From Blastocatellia bacterium (GTDB lineage: Bacteria > Acidobacteriota > Blastocatellia > RBC074): a stretch of DNA of 64,000 nt. Below are positions 48,560-59,803 of this stretch, one piece after another (position 1 is the stretch's first letter; each line of letters begins with the position of its first letter). The translations under genes were made by a program, and so were the position numbers. The DNA lies in the NCBI GenBank assembly GCA_043783625.1, contig JAYVZE010000179.1, positions 527 to 64,526 on the forward strand, read 5' to 3'. The notes beneath the pieces are model-generated. The model worked only from the letters and a program-made list of their open reading frames with translations, did no database searches and had not been told where the DNA came from.

Positions 48560-49186
48560 CTACTTTTTAGGGATACTAGCCGGATCAATTCCCAGCCTTT
48601 TCAGTGCAATCTTTTTCATCTCCTCAAATGGAGAACGGTATGGTTCAGCCAGATAAGGCTGCCTATTTTTATCGCTTTCAGTCGCTCTTAAAATCTTTTC
48701 TTTAGTTGGAAGCGTTAGCATTTGTTGGCAGTATTCAAAAAATTTATTCCGCCCTAATCCGGGTTCCGCTTTGCCTTTTTTCTTTGGGTAATGTAGAGCA
48801 ACGTGTACCTCTGTTAGTCCCTTAATAATTTTCCTACCATCCCGACACCCCGAACATTTATTCGCCTCGTCAAAAGCGGTCATCATTTGTCCCCAACGCT
48901 CTTTTTCTACTTGATCCATTTTCGAGAATTGGGCAATATCTTGAAAAATATCGCCAACTAATCCAGCTACGCAGATTTCCCACTCTTTGGTAAACCTGTC
49001 TGGATATGACCACGGATCGTAGGGAGTCGAAAATTCTACTGACATTCCATTGTATTGATATTTTCGGGTGTAGCTTGATTCCCACCTATTTTCAATTTCG
49101 TTCGCAACCAAGTCACCGTGAATTTCTGCTAAAGTGCCTTGCTTTGCGAGCTTCATTGCTTCTTTTGTCGGTTTTTTGTTAGCCAT
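48560..49186 (-). CDS. Hypothetical protein (island)
   Basis: 208 aa, no motif recognised. Confidence 0.3.
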   Translation of the reverse strand: MANKKPTKEAMKLAKQGTLAEIHGDLVANEIENRWESSYTRKYQYNGMSVEFSTPYDPWSYPDRFTKEWEICVAGLVGDIFQDIAQFSKMDQVEKERWGQMMTAFDEANKCSGCRDGRKIIKGLTEVHVALHYPKKKGKAEPGLGRNKFFEYCQQMLTLPTKEKILRATESDKNRQPYLAEPYRSPFEEMKKIALKRLGIDPASIPKK

Positions 49187-49294
49187 TTATCAATCCTTCC
49201 ATTGGTATTCCTTCAAGGTTTTCGGCTTGCCACGGCGTGAAGGTTGCGCCGCTGTCCTTCGGGTAATTACTCCGAAGTGAGCAAGCCGAAATGG

Positions 49295-50476
49295 CTAATT
49301 GACGTACTTCAAATCTGTTTCCAGTGTGTTTTGCTCATGCCATTCATCTAAGGCTTGCGCCCCGCGCCGCGTAATCTGTGGCGTGTGGTCAACGTAGATC
49401 GAAAACGCCGTCAACGTGGAGTGACCGGATAGTTTCATAATCTCAGCAATCGGCATCCCTGAAGCTACCCAACGCGTAATGCAAACGTGTCTCAAATCGT
49501 GAAAATGAAGGTCAATTAAGCCAGCGGCTTTTAATGCAGAAGCCCAGGCATTTTTAAAATTGTCGTTAATCCCAAAGACCAAAACGTCAGGGTCATCGGG
49601 AGCAACCGCCCTGAGCTTTTCCAGTTCTGCAAGTAACCGTTTGGTGAGACCTACGCGGCGTTCCTTTGAGGTTTTGGAATTCATTGCCGTGACTGTGACG
49701 GACTTGTTTTCAAAATCCACGTCGCGCCATTTAAGCTTGATGATTTCACCACGCCTCATGGCTGTATCGAGCGCACAAATAATGATCGGCTTCAAATGTG
49801 AACGTTGCCCTGTACACGCTGCCATCAATCCGGCTTCGTCGGTCATCGTTAAATGTCTATCCCGGCGTTTCTCATCCGCTTTACTGATAAGCCCGGATGA
49901 TTGCTCGAAAGGGGAAATTAGAAGCCAGCCTTGATGCTTGGCAAAGACGAACATTGACCGCATCGTTTCAAGTTCACGGTTGACGCTGGTAATACTGCGC
50001 TCAGTTCCGCGAATGGTTGGCGCCTTGAGCCTTGCCAATTTGAAGGCTTCCAAATCGGATGGTGTCAGGCTCTTGATTTTTCGATGCCCGAAGGATGCCT
50101 TGATGGTTTTGACGTAACCCAAAGGCGCACGCCAACTACGACGCCCGGCTACTTTGCGCTCTTGATGGTATTCGGCGGGTTTGATTTTCGCCTCGACGTA
50201 TTTATCACAAAGATATTTGACTGTGAGTTTTTCGCCGTCCAACGGTTTCTGACCATAATCCTTTAATGTCCGTCGCAAATGATCCAATGCTTCAGATGCT
50301 TCGGTCTTCGTGTCCGCATTGCGAGTCAGGTTTTTGCGTTTTCCTTCAGGTGTGGTGAAGGTCAGGCGAGCAATCCAACGCTTGCCTTGTTTGAAAACAT
50401 ATCCGGTACTTGCCTTCATTTCGGGAATCCTTTCAGTGTCAGTTAATTTTTGGAACAACACATTAAAACAACACAT
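49295..50476 (-). CDS. Tyrosine-type site-specific integrase
   Basis: C-terminal catalytic region HDLRHVCITRW ... LSGHSTLTAFSIYVDH (R-H-R-Y pattern). 393 aa. Adjacent to attR. Confidence 0.85.
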   Translation of the reverse strand: MCCFNVLFQKLTDTERIPEMKASTGYVFKQGKRWIARLTFTTPEGKRKNLTRNADTKTEASEALDHLRRTLKDYGQKPLDGEKLTVKYLCDKYVEAKIKPAEYHQERKVAGRRSWRAPLGYVKTIKASFGHRKIKSLTPSDLEAFKLARLKAPTIRGTERSITSVNRELETMRSMFVFAKHQGWLLISPFEQSSGLISKADEKRRDRHLTMTDEAGLMAACTGQRSHLKPIIICALDTAMRRGEIIKLKWRDVDFENKSVTVTAMNSKTSKERRVGLTKRLLAELEKLRAVAPDDPDVLVFGINDNFKNAWASALKAAGLIDLHFHDLRHVCITRWVASGMPIAEIMKLSGHSTLTAFSIYVDHTPQITRRGAQALDEWHEQNTLETDLKYVN

Positions 50477-50608
50477 TCGACTGTAGCATAGGCAACTGTC
50501 AAAGTAGCAAAATGTAGCGGACGTAGAGACAGAAAAAGCCTGTAAGCAATAACTTACAGGCTTAAATGTTGCTGGATGTAGTTTGATTGTAACTGGCTAA
50601 CCTACGGC

Positions 50609-50656
50609 TGTTAACCGAAGGGTTGTAAGTTCGAATCTTACCTGAGGAGCCAATTA
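50609..50656 (+). repeat. attR: duplicated 3' 48 nt of tRNA-Asn
   Basis: CGGCTGTTAACCGAAGGGTTGTAAGTTCGAATCTTACCTGAGGAGCCA is identical to 40109..40156. The flanks are also similar. Confidence 0.85.
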
Positions 50657-50771
50657 ATTCAATAGTTTACGGCATCGAAAAGATGCCGTTTTCTTTTGAG
50701 GGACGCTACACTGCCTGATCGTCGCTGAAAAACTTCATCTTTGCTTTGCCAACCACTGATGCCGAATTGGA

Positions 50772-52388
50772 TCATTTAGCCTCCGTTTTTCCGAACCACG
50801 AATCCCAGTACATTTTCGCGCCCATTTTGATGAGCTTCCAGGTTTTTGACCATTGAATCTCACCGCCTTCACCGTAGATAATTTTCTTCAATAATTGATC
50901 GCGCAAATATTTTCCTTCGCGCTTGAGCATGAATTCTTTGGCAAATGGTTTGGCGACATCAAAGAAGCTGAAATTCGGATCCATCACGATGCCGATGCCT
51001 TCCAGCGTCATCAAGGCGCGAATAATGTAGGTGAAATTCGGCGGGAGGCGAAAAGGATATTTGTACATCACTTCTGCCATCTCATACGTCAATTCCTTGA
51101 AGCGAATTTCTCCCAGTTTTAAGTTGAAATAATTCTTAAATAAGTCAGCAATGACGGGACGCATTTCTTCAACATCAACATCAGCGGGCAGGAATTCAAG
51201 ATTGATTAAATCCTGCACCAAGCCGTTCACGTCTTTTTCTACGAGGTGAAAAAACGCATCAATCATCTTGGTTTGCAGCTCGTTCGGAATGCGTCCGACC
51301 ATCCCGAAATCGAAGAATGCAAGGCGTCCGTCAGGCATCACGCGAATATTTCCCGGATGCGGATCAGCGTGGAAAAAACCGTCTTCCAGTAATTGCTTGA
51401 GATAGGTTTTGGACATCAGCTTGATGACTTCCTGCGGAGCGATTCCACGCGCTCGCAATTCGTCTAATTCCAAAACTTTAGTGCCGTGAATAAATTCCAT
51501 GGTGAGCACTCGTGAAGACGAATGCGACCAGTAAATTTGCGGGACATGAATGAAATTCCATCCCTTAAAATTCTGCCGGAAGACTTCGGAATTTTGCGCT
51601 TCCTGACAATAATCCAACTCTTCAAAAATCACGGCGGCAAACTCTCCAATCGTCCCTTTCCAGTCAATGCCGCGCGTCAGATTCGGATAGCGATTCATGA
51701 AGTCGGCAATGCGTCGCAGCACAGCTAAATCAAGGTTGACGACTCCGGCCAGGTTCGGACGTTGGACTTTGATGGCGACTTCCGCGCCTGAATGCAAGCG
51801 TCCCTGATAAACCTGTCCCAGCGAAGCCGCCGCAATCGGTTCAGGATCAATCGAAGCGAATAACTTGTTAATCGGATAACCCAATTCGCGTTCGATAATT
51901 TCCATCGCTACTTCGTTGGGGAAGCGCGGCACGTTGTCTTGTAATTTGCTTAGCTCCTTGACATAGACCAGTGGGAGCAGGTCAGCACGCGTGCCGACAG
52001 CCTGTCCGATTTTGATAAAGGTCGGACCGAGTTTCAGCAATTGACGATGGAGCCATTCGGCTTGCCATTGCAAATGTTTTTCTTCGGATTCGCTCTTTTT
52101 TCCGATGAACCAGCCACGATGATAGGCGTAAAGAAAAAGGTGATAGAGCGCAAATGTCCACGCAATTTGGGCAGCTCTCCAGCGTTCATGCCAGCCACCG
52201 ATTTCCAGATTTGGATCGTACGTCGCTGGCGGTTCAGGAGGCGTGTAAGGCGATAAAGCATTCACTTCCAGTGATTCTTCAGGAGCCGCAGCAACCGGAA
52301 CTAAATCAATGACTTGATTATTTCTGGATGATGGGAGTTCCGCGATTTCGTACCTTGCAATAGTCATATCAAACGCCTCGAAAAACAT
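50772..52388 (-). CDS. ABC1/UbiB-family atypical protein kinase
   Basis: 538 aa. [10 protein letters not shown] ... HADPHPGN ... DFG motifs. Confidence 0.75.
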   Translation of the reverse strand: MFFEAFDMTIARYEIAELPSSRNNQVIDLVPVAAAPEESLEVNALSPYTPPEPPATYDPNLEIGGWHERWRAAQIAWTFALYHLFLYAYHRGWFIGKKSESEEKHLQWQAEWLHRQLLKLGPTFIKIGQAVGTRADLLPLVYVKELSKLQDNVPRFPNEVAMEIIERELGYPINKLFASIDPEPIAAASLGQVYQGRLHSGAEVAIKVQRPNLAGVVNLDLAVLRRIADFMNRYPNLTRGIDWKGTIGEFAAVIFEELDYCQEAQNSEVFRQNFKGWNFIHVPQIYWSHSSSRVLTMEFIHGTKVLELDELRARGIAPQEVIKLMSKTYLKQLLEDGFFHADPHPGNIRVMPDGRLAFFDFGMVGRIPNELQTKMIDAFFHLVEKDVNGLVQDLINLEFLPADVDVEEMRPVIADLFKNYFNLKLGEIRFKELTYEMAEVMYKYPFRLPPNFTYIIRALMTLEGIGIVMDPNFSFFDVAKPFAKEFMLKREGKYLRDQLLKKIIYGEGGEIQWSKTWKLIKMGAKMYWDSWFGKTEAK

Positions 52389-52407
52389 TCAATGCGTAAC
52401 TAACTGG

Positions 52408-52480
52408 TGCACCAGCATCTTGCTGGCATTTGGTGGGAATACCCACCGTAAAACCTCGCCAGCAAGATGCTGGCGTACCA
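52408..52480. repeat. REP/MITE-like palindromic element, copy 2
   Basis: CACCAGCATCTTGCTGGCATTTGG ... CGCCAGCAAGATGCTGGCGTACC. Same arms as 16291..16350, different core. Confidence 0.7.
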
Positions 52481-52492
52481 AAACTATACGCC

Positions 52493-53464
52493 TCAGACGT
52501 AGGTAAAGTTGCGACTCGCCACCGTCGTCGCAAAATATTCGACGGTCGTGTCACGATCTTTGCCGATTTGCGTTTTCAATTCTTCCAGTCCTGAGAATTT
52601 TCTTTCGCCTCGTAGTCGGTGCAAAAAACGAATCCGAATGGTTTTGCCGTACAACGAATTTTCAAAGTCAATGACATGCGTCTCGACCTTAGATTCAAGA
52701 TCAAGTCCGATGGTTGGACGCTTGCCGACATTCGTCACACTGCGATGCCAGACGCCATCAATCAGGGCGAGTGTGACGTAGACTCCGTCCGCAGGCAGGA
52801 CGCGATTTTGTACCGCCAGATTCGCTGTTGGAAAAGAAATCGTGCGACCCAGCTTACGTCCTTCGATGACAATTCCTTCAATGCCGTAAGCGCGTCCCAG
52901 CATTCGACGGGCTAAATTGACGCGCCCGGATTTCAAGAGATGGCGAACGGAAGTCGAACTGATGCGATGGTTATGCAACCTGATTTCCGGCACTTCGGAG
53001 GCGAGAAATCCATGTCGTTCGGCTTCAACTTTGAGTAATTCAATATTGCCGCGCCGATCCTTGCCAAAGGCGAAACCTTTGCCTAAATGAACTTCCTGCG
53101 CACCTAAAGTTTGCACCATAAACCGTTCAATAAATTCTTCCGCCGAAAGTGCAGCGAGTTCACGGCTGAATGGCACGACGAGAACTTGTTGCATGCCGAG
53201 CTGCTTTAATCCTTCCATTTTCTGCGCAAACGTTTGTAACAGGGGCGGTGCAGATTCGGGTCTTAAAACCTGACGTGGATGCGGATCAAAAGTAATTAAA
53301 GTGGGCGTGGCTCCAGTTAAGAAAGCCCGTTCGACGACGGTTTTGACAATCGCCTGATGGCCCAGATGCAAGCCGTCAAAGACTCCGATGGTGAGAACAG
53401 AAGGGCGTTTGAGGTCAGGATTTTGGAGATCGTGAATAATATTCATAGTAGCAGTTCGCAGCAA
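52493..53464 (-). CDS. ribF: Bifunctional riboflavin kinase/FMN adenylyltransferase RibF
   Basis: N-terminal [11 protein letters not shown] nucleotidyltransferase motif. C-terminal riboflavin kinase domain. 323 aa. Confidence 0.85.
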   Translation of the reverse strand: MLRTATMNIIHDLQNPDLKRPSVLTIGVFDGLHLGHQAIVKTVVERAFLTGATPTLITFDPHPRQVLRPESAPPLLQTFAQKMEGLKQLGMQQVLVVPFSRELAALSAEEFIERFMVQTLGAQEVHLGKGFAFGKDRRGNIELLKVEAERHGFLASEVPEIRLHNHRISSTSVRHLLKSGRVNLARRMLGRAYGIEGIVIEGRKLGRTISFPTANLAVQNRVLPADGVYVTLALIDGVWHRSVTNVGKRPTIGLDLESKVETHVIDFENSLYGKTIRIRFLHRLRGERKFSGLEELKTQIGKDRDTTVEYFATTVASRNFTYV

Positions 53465-53540
53465 GAAAGTTCGCAGTTCGCAGCGAAGAAAGTTCGCAGG
53501 AAAACTGCGAACTGCGAACTAAATACTGCGAACTTTCTGA

Positions 53541-54314
53541 TTATAATTCAATCGTTAATTGATCGTAAGCTAGTTCGACGTTTGAGGGTAATTGACTGGC
53601 GACTTCAGAATGTTTGAAATCGTGGCTGATATGCGTGAGCAGCGTCCGGTGCGGCGACAGGAATTTGATGTATTCAAGCGATTGTTCCAGATGCAAATGT
53701 GTCGGATGCGGTTTATGGCGCAGCGCGTCGAGGATCAATAAATCCAAACCTTTGAGAGCTTCCAACGCTTCATCGGAAATAAGATTGCAATCCGTCACGA
53801 AGGCAAAAGTTTGCTTTCCATCACTGATGCGAAAAGCGGTGACTTCACCTTTGCCGTGAACGACAGGAATTGGTGTCACGCTCAGCCCGCAGATTTCCAG
53901 CGCTTCATAATTATTTAGAATCAACGGATTGATTTGCGGGAGTCCGCCGCCGACGTGCTTCGCCTCAAAGATGTAATAAAATACCCGTCGAATTTGGTTC
54001 CAGGTGCTTTCGCTGGCGTGAACGTTAATGGCTCCGTGCTTGAAATTGATAGGGCGAATGTCATCCAATCCGAAGACATGATCTGCATGACAATGCGTAA
54101 CGAGTAGGGCATCCAGCTTCGTCAATTTGGCACGCAAAGCCTGCTGGCGAAAATCCGTCGAAATATCAATGACTACGATTTGATTTTCATGTTCGATCAT
54201 TAATCCGGTACGCAAACGATTGTCACGTGGATCAGTGGAGGTACACGTTTCACAAACGCACCCGATCATCGGGACGCCAACGGATGTTCCTGTGCCGAGA
54301 AAAGTTAATCGCAT
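53541..54314 (-). CDS. MBL-fold metallo-hydrolase (PhnP-like)
   Basis: [10 protein letters not shown] HxHxDH motif. 257 aa. Confidence 0.7.
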   Translation of the reverse strand: MRLTFLGTGTSVGVPMIGCVCETCTSTDPRDNRLRTGLMIEHENQIVVIDISTDFRQQALRAKLTKLDALLVTHCHADHVFGLDDIRPINFKHGAINVHASESTWNQIRRVFYYIFEAKHVGGGLPQINPLILNNYEALEICGLSVTPIPVVHGKGEVTAFRISDGKQTFAFVTDCNLISDEALEALKGLDLLILDALRHKPHPTHLHLEQSLEYIKFLSPHRTLLTHISHDFKHSEVASQLPSNVELAYDQLTIEL

Positions 54315-54416
54315 AACGGGTTAGTGCTGAGAAGAAAGTGCTGAGTGCTGAGAAATCAAGTATCAGGTATTTTCTTAAAACTCAGCACTCAGTACTTTTT
54401 TCTCAGCACTTCTAAA

Positions 54417-54908
54417 TTATTTTCCTCGTAGCGAAACGAACTGCATTTGCAAATCACGCAGTAGCGTTGAGAAAAATTCTTCTTCCTGTGGATTCAGATT
54501 CCCCTGCGTTTTTTCACTCAAAATCATGAGCAACCCGATGCCTTGTTGCGCGGCAGGCAAATTGACTTCGGCTTTGCCCGTCGCGGGATGCTCCATTAAT
54601 CCCAGATGAATGAACGCCAGCGAAGTTGCCAGGCTGTAAATCAGCTCCATAAATGGGGTCATTTCCGGTTCTTCGCCGTCATCCGCGAAATCTGCGACAG
54701 GTTCCATGACTGGCTCCGGCGCAAGCTGGGCAGCGGAACTGGTCGAGAAAATTTCTTCCTGACGAATAGGCGCAGGTTCTGCCACAGGTGGCGGAGTTGC
54801 TGCGACTGGTTCCGGTTCGGGTTCTGGCAGGTTGTCGCGCATTGATCCATCTGGATTAAACAGGCGGCGGTCAGTGACTTTTAATTCAATATCTTGTTCT
54901 TGAGACAT
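54417..54908 (-). CDS. DUF1844-like hypothetical protein
   Basis: 163 aa. Acidic, Pro-rich N-terminal half and conserved hydrophobic C-terminal half. Confidence 0.4.
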   Translation of the reverse strand: MSQEQDIELKVTDRRLFNPDGSMRDNLPEPEPEPVAATPPPVAEPAPIRQEEIFSTSSAAQLAPEPVMEPVADFADDGEEPEMTPFMELIYSLATSLAFIHLGLMEHPATGKAEVNLPAAQQGIGLLMILSEKTQGNLNPQEEEFFSTLLRDLQMQFVSLRGK

Positions 54909-55009
54909 AACGAGGGTAAATTGCTCCTTGGTTTTGGGTGAAAATCAAAGAAGTATCTTACCACAATTGCGCAGAGATTTTGCGTCCACCAAAGCCGAAG
55001 ATTCGTTAG

Positions 55010-56095
55010 TTGGTCTTGCTTATGCTCATTCTTGGCATCGAAACTTCGTGTGATGAAACGGCGGCGGCTGTCATTGAAAACGGTAATCTCGTCAAATCGA
55101 ATGTAATTCATTCGCAAATTTCTACGCATCAAAAATTCGGCGGCGTCGTTCCCGAAGTGGCTTCGCGCGAACATCTCGACAAAATCAGTTCGGTCGTTAA
55201 TGAAGCTCTCACGCGGGCGGCACTGACTCCGCAGAACATTGACGGTATCGCAGTCACACAGGGGCCGGGGTTGATTGGTTCGTTGTTGGTCGGGATCAAT
55301 TACGCGAAGGGAATGGCGTTCGCTACGAAAAAGCCAATCGTCGGAATCAATCACATCGAAGGGCATGTTTATTCGACGGCGTTTGAATTTCCGGCACCGG
55401 AATATCCGGCTCTGGCGTTGGTCGTTTCCGGCGGACATACGAATATATTTTTGATTCCTGAGCCGGAGAAATACAAATTAGTTGGCAGGACGCGCGACGA
55501 TGCGGCGGGCGAGGCTTTTGATAAAGTTTCGAAATTGCTGGGACTCGGTTATCCGGGCGGCCCTGTCGTAGATCGTCTGGCGAAACTTGGCAACAAACGC
55601 GCCATTAATTTTCCCGTGGCAGAAATTAAGGAACAGAAATTCGATCTTTCGTTCAGCGGATTGAAAACGGCGGTGCTGCGATATGTGAAGGAAAATAATG
55701 TTCAGAGTTCAAGCTTCAGCTTGCCTCCTGCGCAGGAGATTCTTGATATTTGTGCGAGCTTTCAATACGCCGTCGTACGCGCACTGATCCGCAGCCTGCG
55801 CCGCGCTGCGCAGGAACATCCGGTGAAGACTCTGATTTTAGCAGGCGGTGTCGCGTGCAATTCAGAACTCCGCGTAGCCTTTCAGCAGCTCGCCGATGAA
55901 CTAAAAATCCCCGCGCATATTCCTTCGCCAGTTTACACGTCGGATAACGCCGCGATGATCGCGGCGGCGGGCTATCCAAAATTGCTGCGCGGAGAAAATG
56001 CAGGATGGGAAATGAGCGCGGATGTGACTTTGCGATTGCCGAATGTTGATGTTGAGGTTTTGGAGCCGGGGAAGAAGAAGCGGTATCGGTGGTAG
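55010..56095 (+). CDS. tsaD: tRNA N6-adenosine threonylcarbamoyltransferase TsaD
   Basis: [16 protein letters not shown]-terminus. HIEGH and GGVACN motifs. 361 aa. Confidence 0.9.
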   Translation: MVLLMLILGIETSCDETAAAVIENGNLVKSNVIHSQISTHQKFGGVVPEVASREHLDKISSVVNEALTRAALTPQNIDGIAVTQGPGLIGSLLVGINYAKGMAFATKKPIVGINHIEGHVYSTAFEFPAPEYPALALVVSGGHTNIFLIPEPEKYKLVGRTRDDAAGEAFDKVSKLLGLGYPGGPVVDRLAKLGNKRAINFPVAEIKEQKFDLSFSGLKTAVLRYVKENNVQSSSFSLPPAQEILDICASFQYAVVRALIRSLRRAAQEHPVKTLILAGGVACNSELRVAFQQLADELKIPAHIPSPVYTSDNAAMIAAAGYPKLLRGENAGWEMSADVTLRLPNVDVEVLEPGKKKRYRW

Positions 56096-56102
56096 GATGT
56101 AT

Positions 56103-56280
56103 TTTTTCTATTAGCCCAGCCCATTTATGGCTGGGGAAAAGTTGTAGAAAGCACCATCAGCCCGATTTATCGGGCTTCTCTGGTGCTTTAGCTGAAGCTG
56201 ATTGCAAGCCCGGTGAACCGGGCTAAGAGAACTATTTCGCATCTGACCCAGCCGTAAACGGGCTGGGCTAATAGAAAAAA
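56103..56280. mobile_element. MITE-like element with 21-bp perfect terminal inverted repeats
   Basis: Terminal inverted repeat TTTTTTCTATTAGCCCAGCCC / GGGCTGGGCTAATAGAAAAAA. Internal hairpins AGCCCGAT-TT-ATCGGGCT and AGCCCGGTGAACCGGGCT. Confidence 0.55.
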
Positions 56281-56316
56281 TGACGCATCTATTTCTCATC
56301 AATTCAGGAATAAGCA

Positions 56317-56793
56317 ATGTCAAAGAAGAAAAATAAATTAGCTACGCCAGCATCCCCTGAAGACGAAAAAGTCTTTGCAAATATTGAGGAATATGGCTGC
56401 CATGTTGTGAACATACTCGAAGGTAGAAATAATCCTCCGTTCGCTTTTTCGATTGGGCTTTATCATCGTTTTCAGCATCCCGAAATATTGATCGTTGGTC
56501 TAAAGCCTGACTTGATGCACAGCATGATTAATTGGATGCGAGACGAAATTTCCGAAGGGAAAAGATTCGAACCTGAGCAAATGTAGGAAGGTTTTCTCGA
56601 AGGTTTCGAGGTGACTTTTAGGAAAGTTGTGGTCACGCATTATCAGGACTATCTTGGATATGCGAACTGGTTTTATCAGAGCTACGATTACCCCGTACTT
56701 CAATGTATTTATCCGACTACCAAAGGATATTTTCCATGGGACAAAAAATATCCGAAAGACTTGATTGATTGGCAGAGATTTTTGAATAAGTGA
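56317..56793 (+). pseudogene. DUF4262-like gene interrupted by an in-frame TAG at 56584..56586
   Basis: ORFs 56317..56586 and 56611..56793 are in the same frame. Together they form one DUF4262-like protein (HVVNILEG...PFAFSIGLYHRFQHPEILIVGL ... VVVTHYQDYLGY). Confidence 0.5.
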
Positions 56794-56811
56794 AGTGCCA
56801 ATAATTTGAAA

Positions 56812-57008
56812 AATTGTCGCCAACGGCGACCAACAAGATAGCCTATGGTGCAGGCGTTGCGCCGAAACCATAGGTTCGTGATGACGATTGAACCCGTCGC
56901 TGAAGGCGACGAACAGTGAATGGTGTACGTCGCCTTCAGCGGCGGAAAATGTGGCTGGCGTACCCGGCGATTCTCGCCGGGCTATAATGTTGGTCGCCGT
57001 TGGCGACA
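56812..57008. mobile_element. MITE-like element with 19-bp terminal inverted repeats and internal hairpins
   Basis: Terminal inverted repeat TCGCCAACGGCGACCAACA / TGTTGGTCGCCGTTGGCGA. Internal dyads CGCTGAAGGCGACG/CGTCGCCTTCAGCG and CCCGGCGA-TTCT-CGCCGGG. Confidence 0.55.
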
Positions 57009-57084
57009 GAAACACCGATTCGTTAATGTGGGAACATAATGCAAAAACGCAAACTGGAAAGTTTGCGCTACAAAGGAAAAACTA

Positions 57085-57879
57085 ATGCAATTACCTGATG
57101 GATCAAACAAAAATATTCTCGAATTATTCAAACTCGATGGACGCAAAGCCCTGATTACAGGCGGTGCGAAGGGCTTAGGGCGGGTGATGGCGCAGGCTTT
57201 TTCGGAAGCTGGAGCCGAAGTCGCCATTGCCAGCCGGAATCTTGCGGATTGCGAAAAGGCGGCGGCGGAAATTTCGGCTTCGACGGGAAATAAAGTTTTT
57301 GCGGCGGCGTTGGACGCTACCAGTGAAGCCGATGTCATCAAGCTCAAGGAAAATCTGGATAAGCATTTTGGCGCGATTGACATTCTTATCAACAATGCCG
57401 GAATCAATATTCGCGGCAACATTCAGGATTTATCGAAGGAAGATTTTGAGTCCGTGATGGCGACAAATGTGACGGGGCCGTTTTTGGTTTCCAGAGCGTT
57501 CGGCCCTGCAATGTGCGAACGCGGATGGGGACGCGTCATCAATCTCGGTTCGATTATGTCGGTAATTTCGATGGCGGGGCGGACGCCGTACGCTTCCTCG
57601 AAAGCGGCAGTATTGGGTTTCACACGGACGCTGGCTTTGGAATGGGCGGCGAACGGCGTGACAGTCAACGCGATTTGTCCGGGGCCTTTTGCGACGGAAA
57701 TGAATTTGCCGTTGCTGAATGATCCTGAAAAATACCAGGCATTTCTCAAAAGTATTCCCGTCGGACGCTGGGGGCATCTGCACGAAATTGCGGGGCCGGC
57801 TTTGTTTTTGGCATCGGATGCGGCGGGATTCGTGACGGGAAGTTCGCTGTTGGTGGATGGCGGATGGACGGCGTGGTAA
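57085..57879 (+). CDS. SDR family oxidoreductase (3-oxoacyl-ACP reductase/gluconate dehydrogenase-like)
   Basis: TGGAKGLG Rossmann motif. NNAG. Catalytic YASSK. 264 aa. Confidence 0.8.
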   Translation: MQLPDGSNKNILELFKLDGRKALITGGAKGLGRVMAQAFSEAGAEVAIASRNLADCEKAAAEISASTGNKVFAAALDATSEADVIKLKENLDKHFGAIDILINNAGINIRGNIQDLSKEDFESVMATNVTGPFLVSRAFGPAMCERGWGRVINLGSIMSVISMAGRTPYASSKAAVLGFTRTLALEWAANGVTVNAICPGPFATEMNLPLLNDPEKYQAFLKSIPVGRWGHLHEIAGPALFLASDAAGFVTGSSLLVDGGWTAW

Positions 57880-58028
57880 AAGGTTTTTCGTGGTCGGTGG
57901 TCAGTGATCGGGGGTCGGTAGCAGGCATCTCTGCCGACCCCCGACCACTGACCACCGACCACCATTAATAAATGCCGCTTGAATCCTCAGTGGCGCGTTG
58001 TTACTATACGAATGTCTTCGTACGATGA

Positions 58029-59777
58029 GTGCGATTTCCCCCTGCTCGTTTCCAGTTTTCAAGGCTCGAAAAGCCTTTCACCAATGAAGGAGTAATAGTG
58101 AAAAATAACTGGCTAAGATTTTTACTGATCGGTGTAGTTCTGGTGATGGTTGCCAGTGGTGCGGCTCTACGTCCAACTTCTGCCGTGCAAAAGACGGATG
58201 AGGATCGTGCGTCTGAACAAAAGCTGATGACGCAATTCGTCGAAGCGCAGGAAATTATTCGTGAGAAATATCTCGAAGAAATAGATTATGAAATCCTGAC
58301 GAAAACGGGAATTCTGGGAATGTTGCGAACGCTTGATCCGCACTCTTCTTACTACGATAAAAAATCTTTTGATGATTTGCGCAACGATCAACGAAGCCAG
58401 TATTTCGGGATCGGCTCCGTGATTGGCATGCGCGATGGAAAAGTTTTTATTCAAGAGCCGTTCCGCGATACTCCTTCGACGCGGGCAGGCTTGCGCTACG
58501 GCGATCAGATTGTTGGCATTGATGGACAGAACACCGAAACGTGGGATTCCAATCAGGTCACGAAAAAATTGCGCGGAGAGCAGGGCACGAAAGTGAATGT
58601 TTCCGTTCGTCGCCCAGGCGTCGCGGAACCTGTGACCGTCACGATTGAACGCGATGCGATTGCACAGCTTTCCATTACCGGAACATATCTGGCGCGTCCC
58701 GGCATCGGCTACATCAATATGCCGCGCGGTTTTCATTCGACGACGAATGACGAATTGACGGCGGCGATTGCGAATTTGAAAGAGCAGGGCGCGACTTCGA
58801 TGATTCTTGATTTACGCGATGATCCGGGTGGATTTCTGGATCAGGCGATCAAGGTTTCCGATAAATTTTTACAGCGCGGACAAACGGTTTTGTCAGTTCG
58901 TTATCGGGAAGGGAAATTTCAGGATCGTGAATTACAAGCGGAATCTGGTTCGCCGGAATCATTTCCTCTCGTTCTTCTCATCAATAAAAATTCGGCTTCG
59001 GCTTCAGAAATTGTGGCAGGAGCCATTCAGGATCACGACCGTGGTTTGATTGTTGGCGAAAATAGTTTCGGAAAAGGCTTGGTGCAAACCATCATCCCGC
59101 TCAATGGTGGAGCCGGATTGACGTTGACGACGGCGCGTTATTACACGCCCAGCGGTCGGTTGATTCAGCGCGATTATTCGAGCAGTTCGATGTACGATTA
59201 TTTTACGCATCGTTCCGGCGCAGAGGCTACGGACGAAGCGAAGAAAAATGCGAAGCAGTGGATGACAGATTTACGCCGTCCGGTGTTTGGCGGTGGCGGC
59301 ATTAATCCTGATGTAAAAGTCAAAGATACGCGCATTGAAAATATTCAGGACATCACGAATCAAACGCAGATCGTTTTGTTAAGTCCGATTTTCCTTTTCA
59401 CTCGTGAATTGGTGGGCGGACAGGTTCCAGTGGCGAAAGATTTTAAATTGAATGGCCCGCCGAATTTCGATCACGCTCTGAAGTCTAATGAATTTGTGAT
59501 TACGGATGAAATTGCGAAAAATTTTCGTGAAGCAATTAATTCGTTTTTAGGGAAGCATCCAGAAATTACGATGACTCCGGCACAGATAGATGAGCATTTT
59601 GCCTGGGCTAAAAATCGGGTGCGATATGAAGTTTTGCTGGCGGCTTATGGCAGCGATAAGGCGCAGCAGGCAATGATTGAAACGGATGCGCAGATGCAGA
59701 AAGCGATCAGCGAATTACCGAATGCCGCCGCGTTAGCGGATCGCGCGCGCCGTAATCGCAGCGTTTCCAAAAAATAA
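58029..59777 (+). CDS. S41 family C-terminal processing (tail-specific) protease with PDZ domain; likely start is the GTG at 58098 after GGAG
   Basis: PDZ region GDQIVGIDG. S41 catalytic region NSASASEIVAGAIQDHDRGLIVGENSFGKG. N-terminal TM/signal. Confidence 0.75.
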   Translation: MRFPPARFQFSRLEKPFTNEGVIVKNNWLRFLLIGVVLVMVASGAALRPTSAVQKTDEDRASEQKLMTQFVEAQEIIREKYLEEIDYEILTKTGILGMLRTLDPHSSYYDKKSFDDLRNDQRSQYFGIGSVIGMRDGKVFIQEPFRDTPSTRAGLRYGDQIVGIDGQNTETWDSNQVTKKLRGEQGTKVNVSVRRPGVAEPVTVTIERDAIAQLSITGTYLARPGIGYINMPRGFHSTTNDELTAAIANLKEQGATSMILDLRDDPGGFLDQAIKVSDKFLQRGQTVLSVRYREGKFQDRELQAESGSPESFPLVLLINKNSASASEIVAGAIQDHDRGLIVGENSFGKGLVQTIIPLNGGAGLTLTTARYYTPSGRLIQRDYSSSSMYDYFTHRSGAEATDEAKKNAKQWMTDLRRPVFGGGGINPDVKVKDTRIENIQDITNQTQIVLLSPIFLFTRELVGGQVPVAKDFKLNGPPNFDHALKSNEFVITDEIAKNFREAINSFLGKHPEITMTPAQIDEHFAWAKNRVRYEVLLAAYGSDKAQQAMIETDAQMQKAISELPNAAALADRARRNRSVSKK

Positions 59778-59803
59778 TCCTGCGTAAAAATTTAAGCAGA
59801 TTT

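Larger units (their letters stand above)
40157..50656. mobile_element. Integrative phage-satellite-like genomic island (about 10.5 kb) inserted at the 3' end of tRNA-Asn
   Basis: The 48-bp 3' end of tRNA-Asn (from CGGCTGTTAACC onward) is directly repeated at 50609..50656 next to a tyrosine integrase. The island encodes replication, excision and packaging-redirection functions but no capsid or tail genes. Confidence 0.8.

Noticed and set aside
53452-54415. CRISPR array
   Set aside because: Repeat units are only 8-12 nt and are immediately followed by their own complements, forming a hairpin rather than a repeat-spacer array. No cas genes nearby.
54881-55438. 185-aa ORF on the minus strand
   Set aside because: It lies antisense within tsaD (a well-supported CDS). 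Low-complexity Arg-rich translation typical of spurious antisense ORFs.
56500-57015. 171-aa ORF on the minus strand
   Set aside because: It overlaps the DUF4262 gene and a MITE-like element. Composition is not coding-like.
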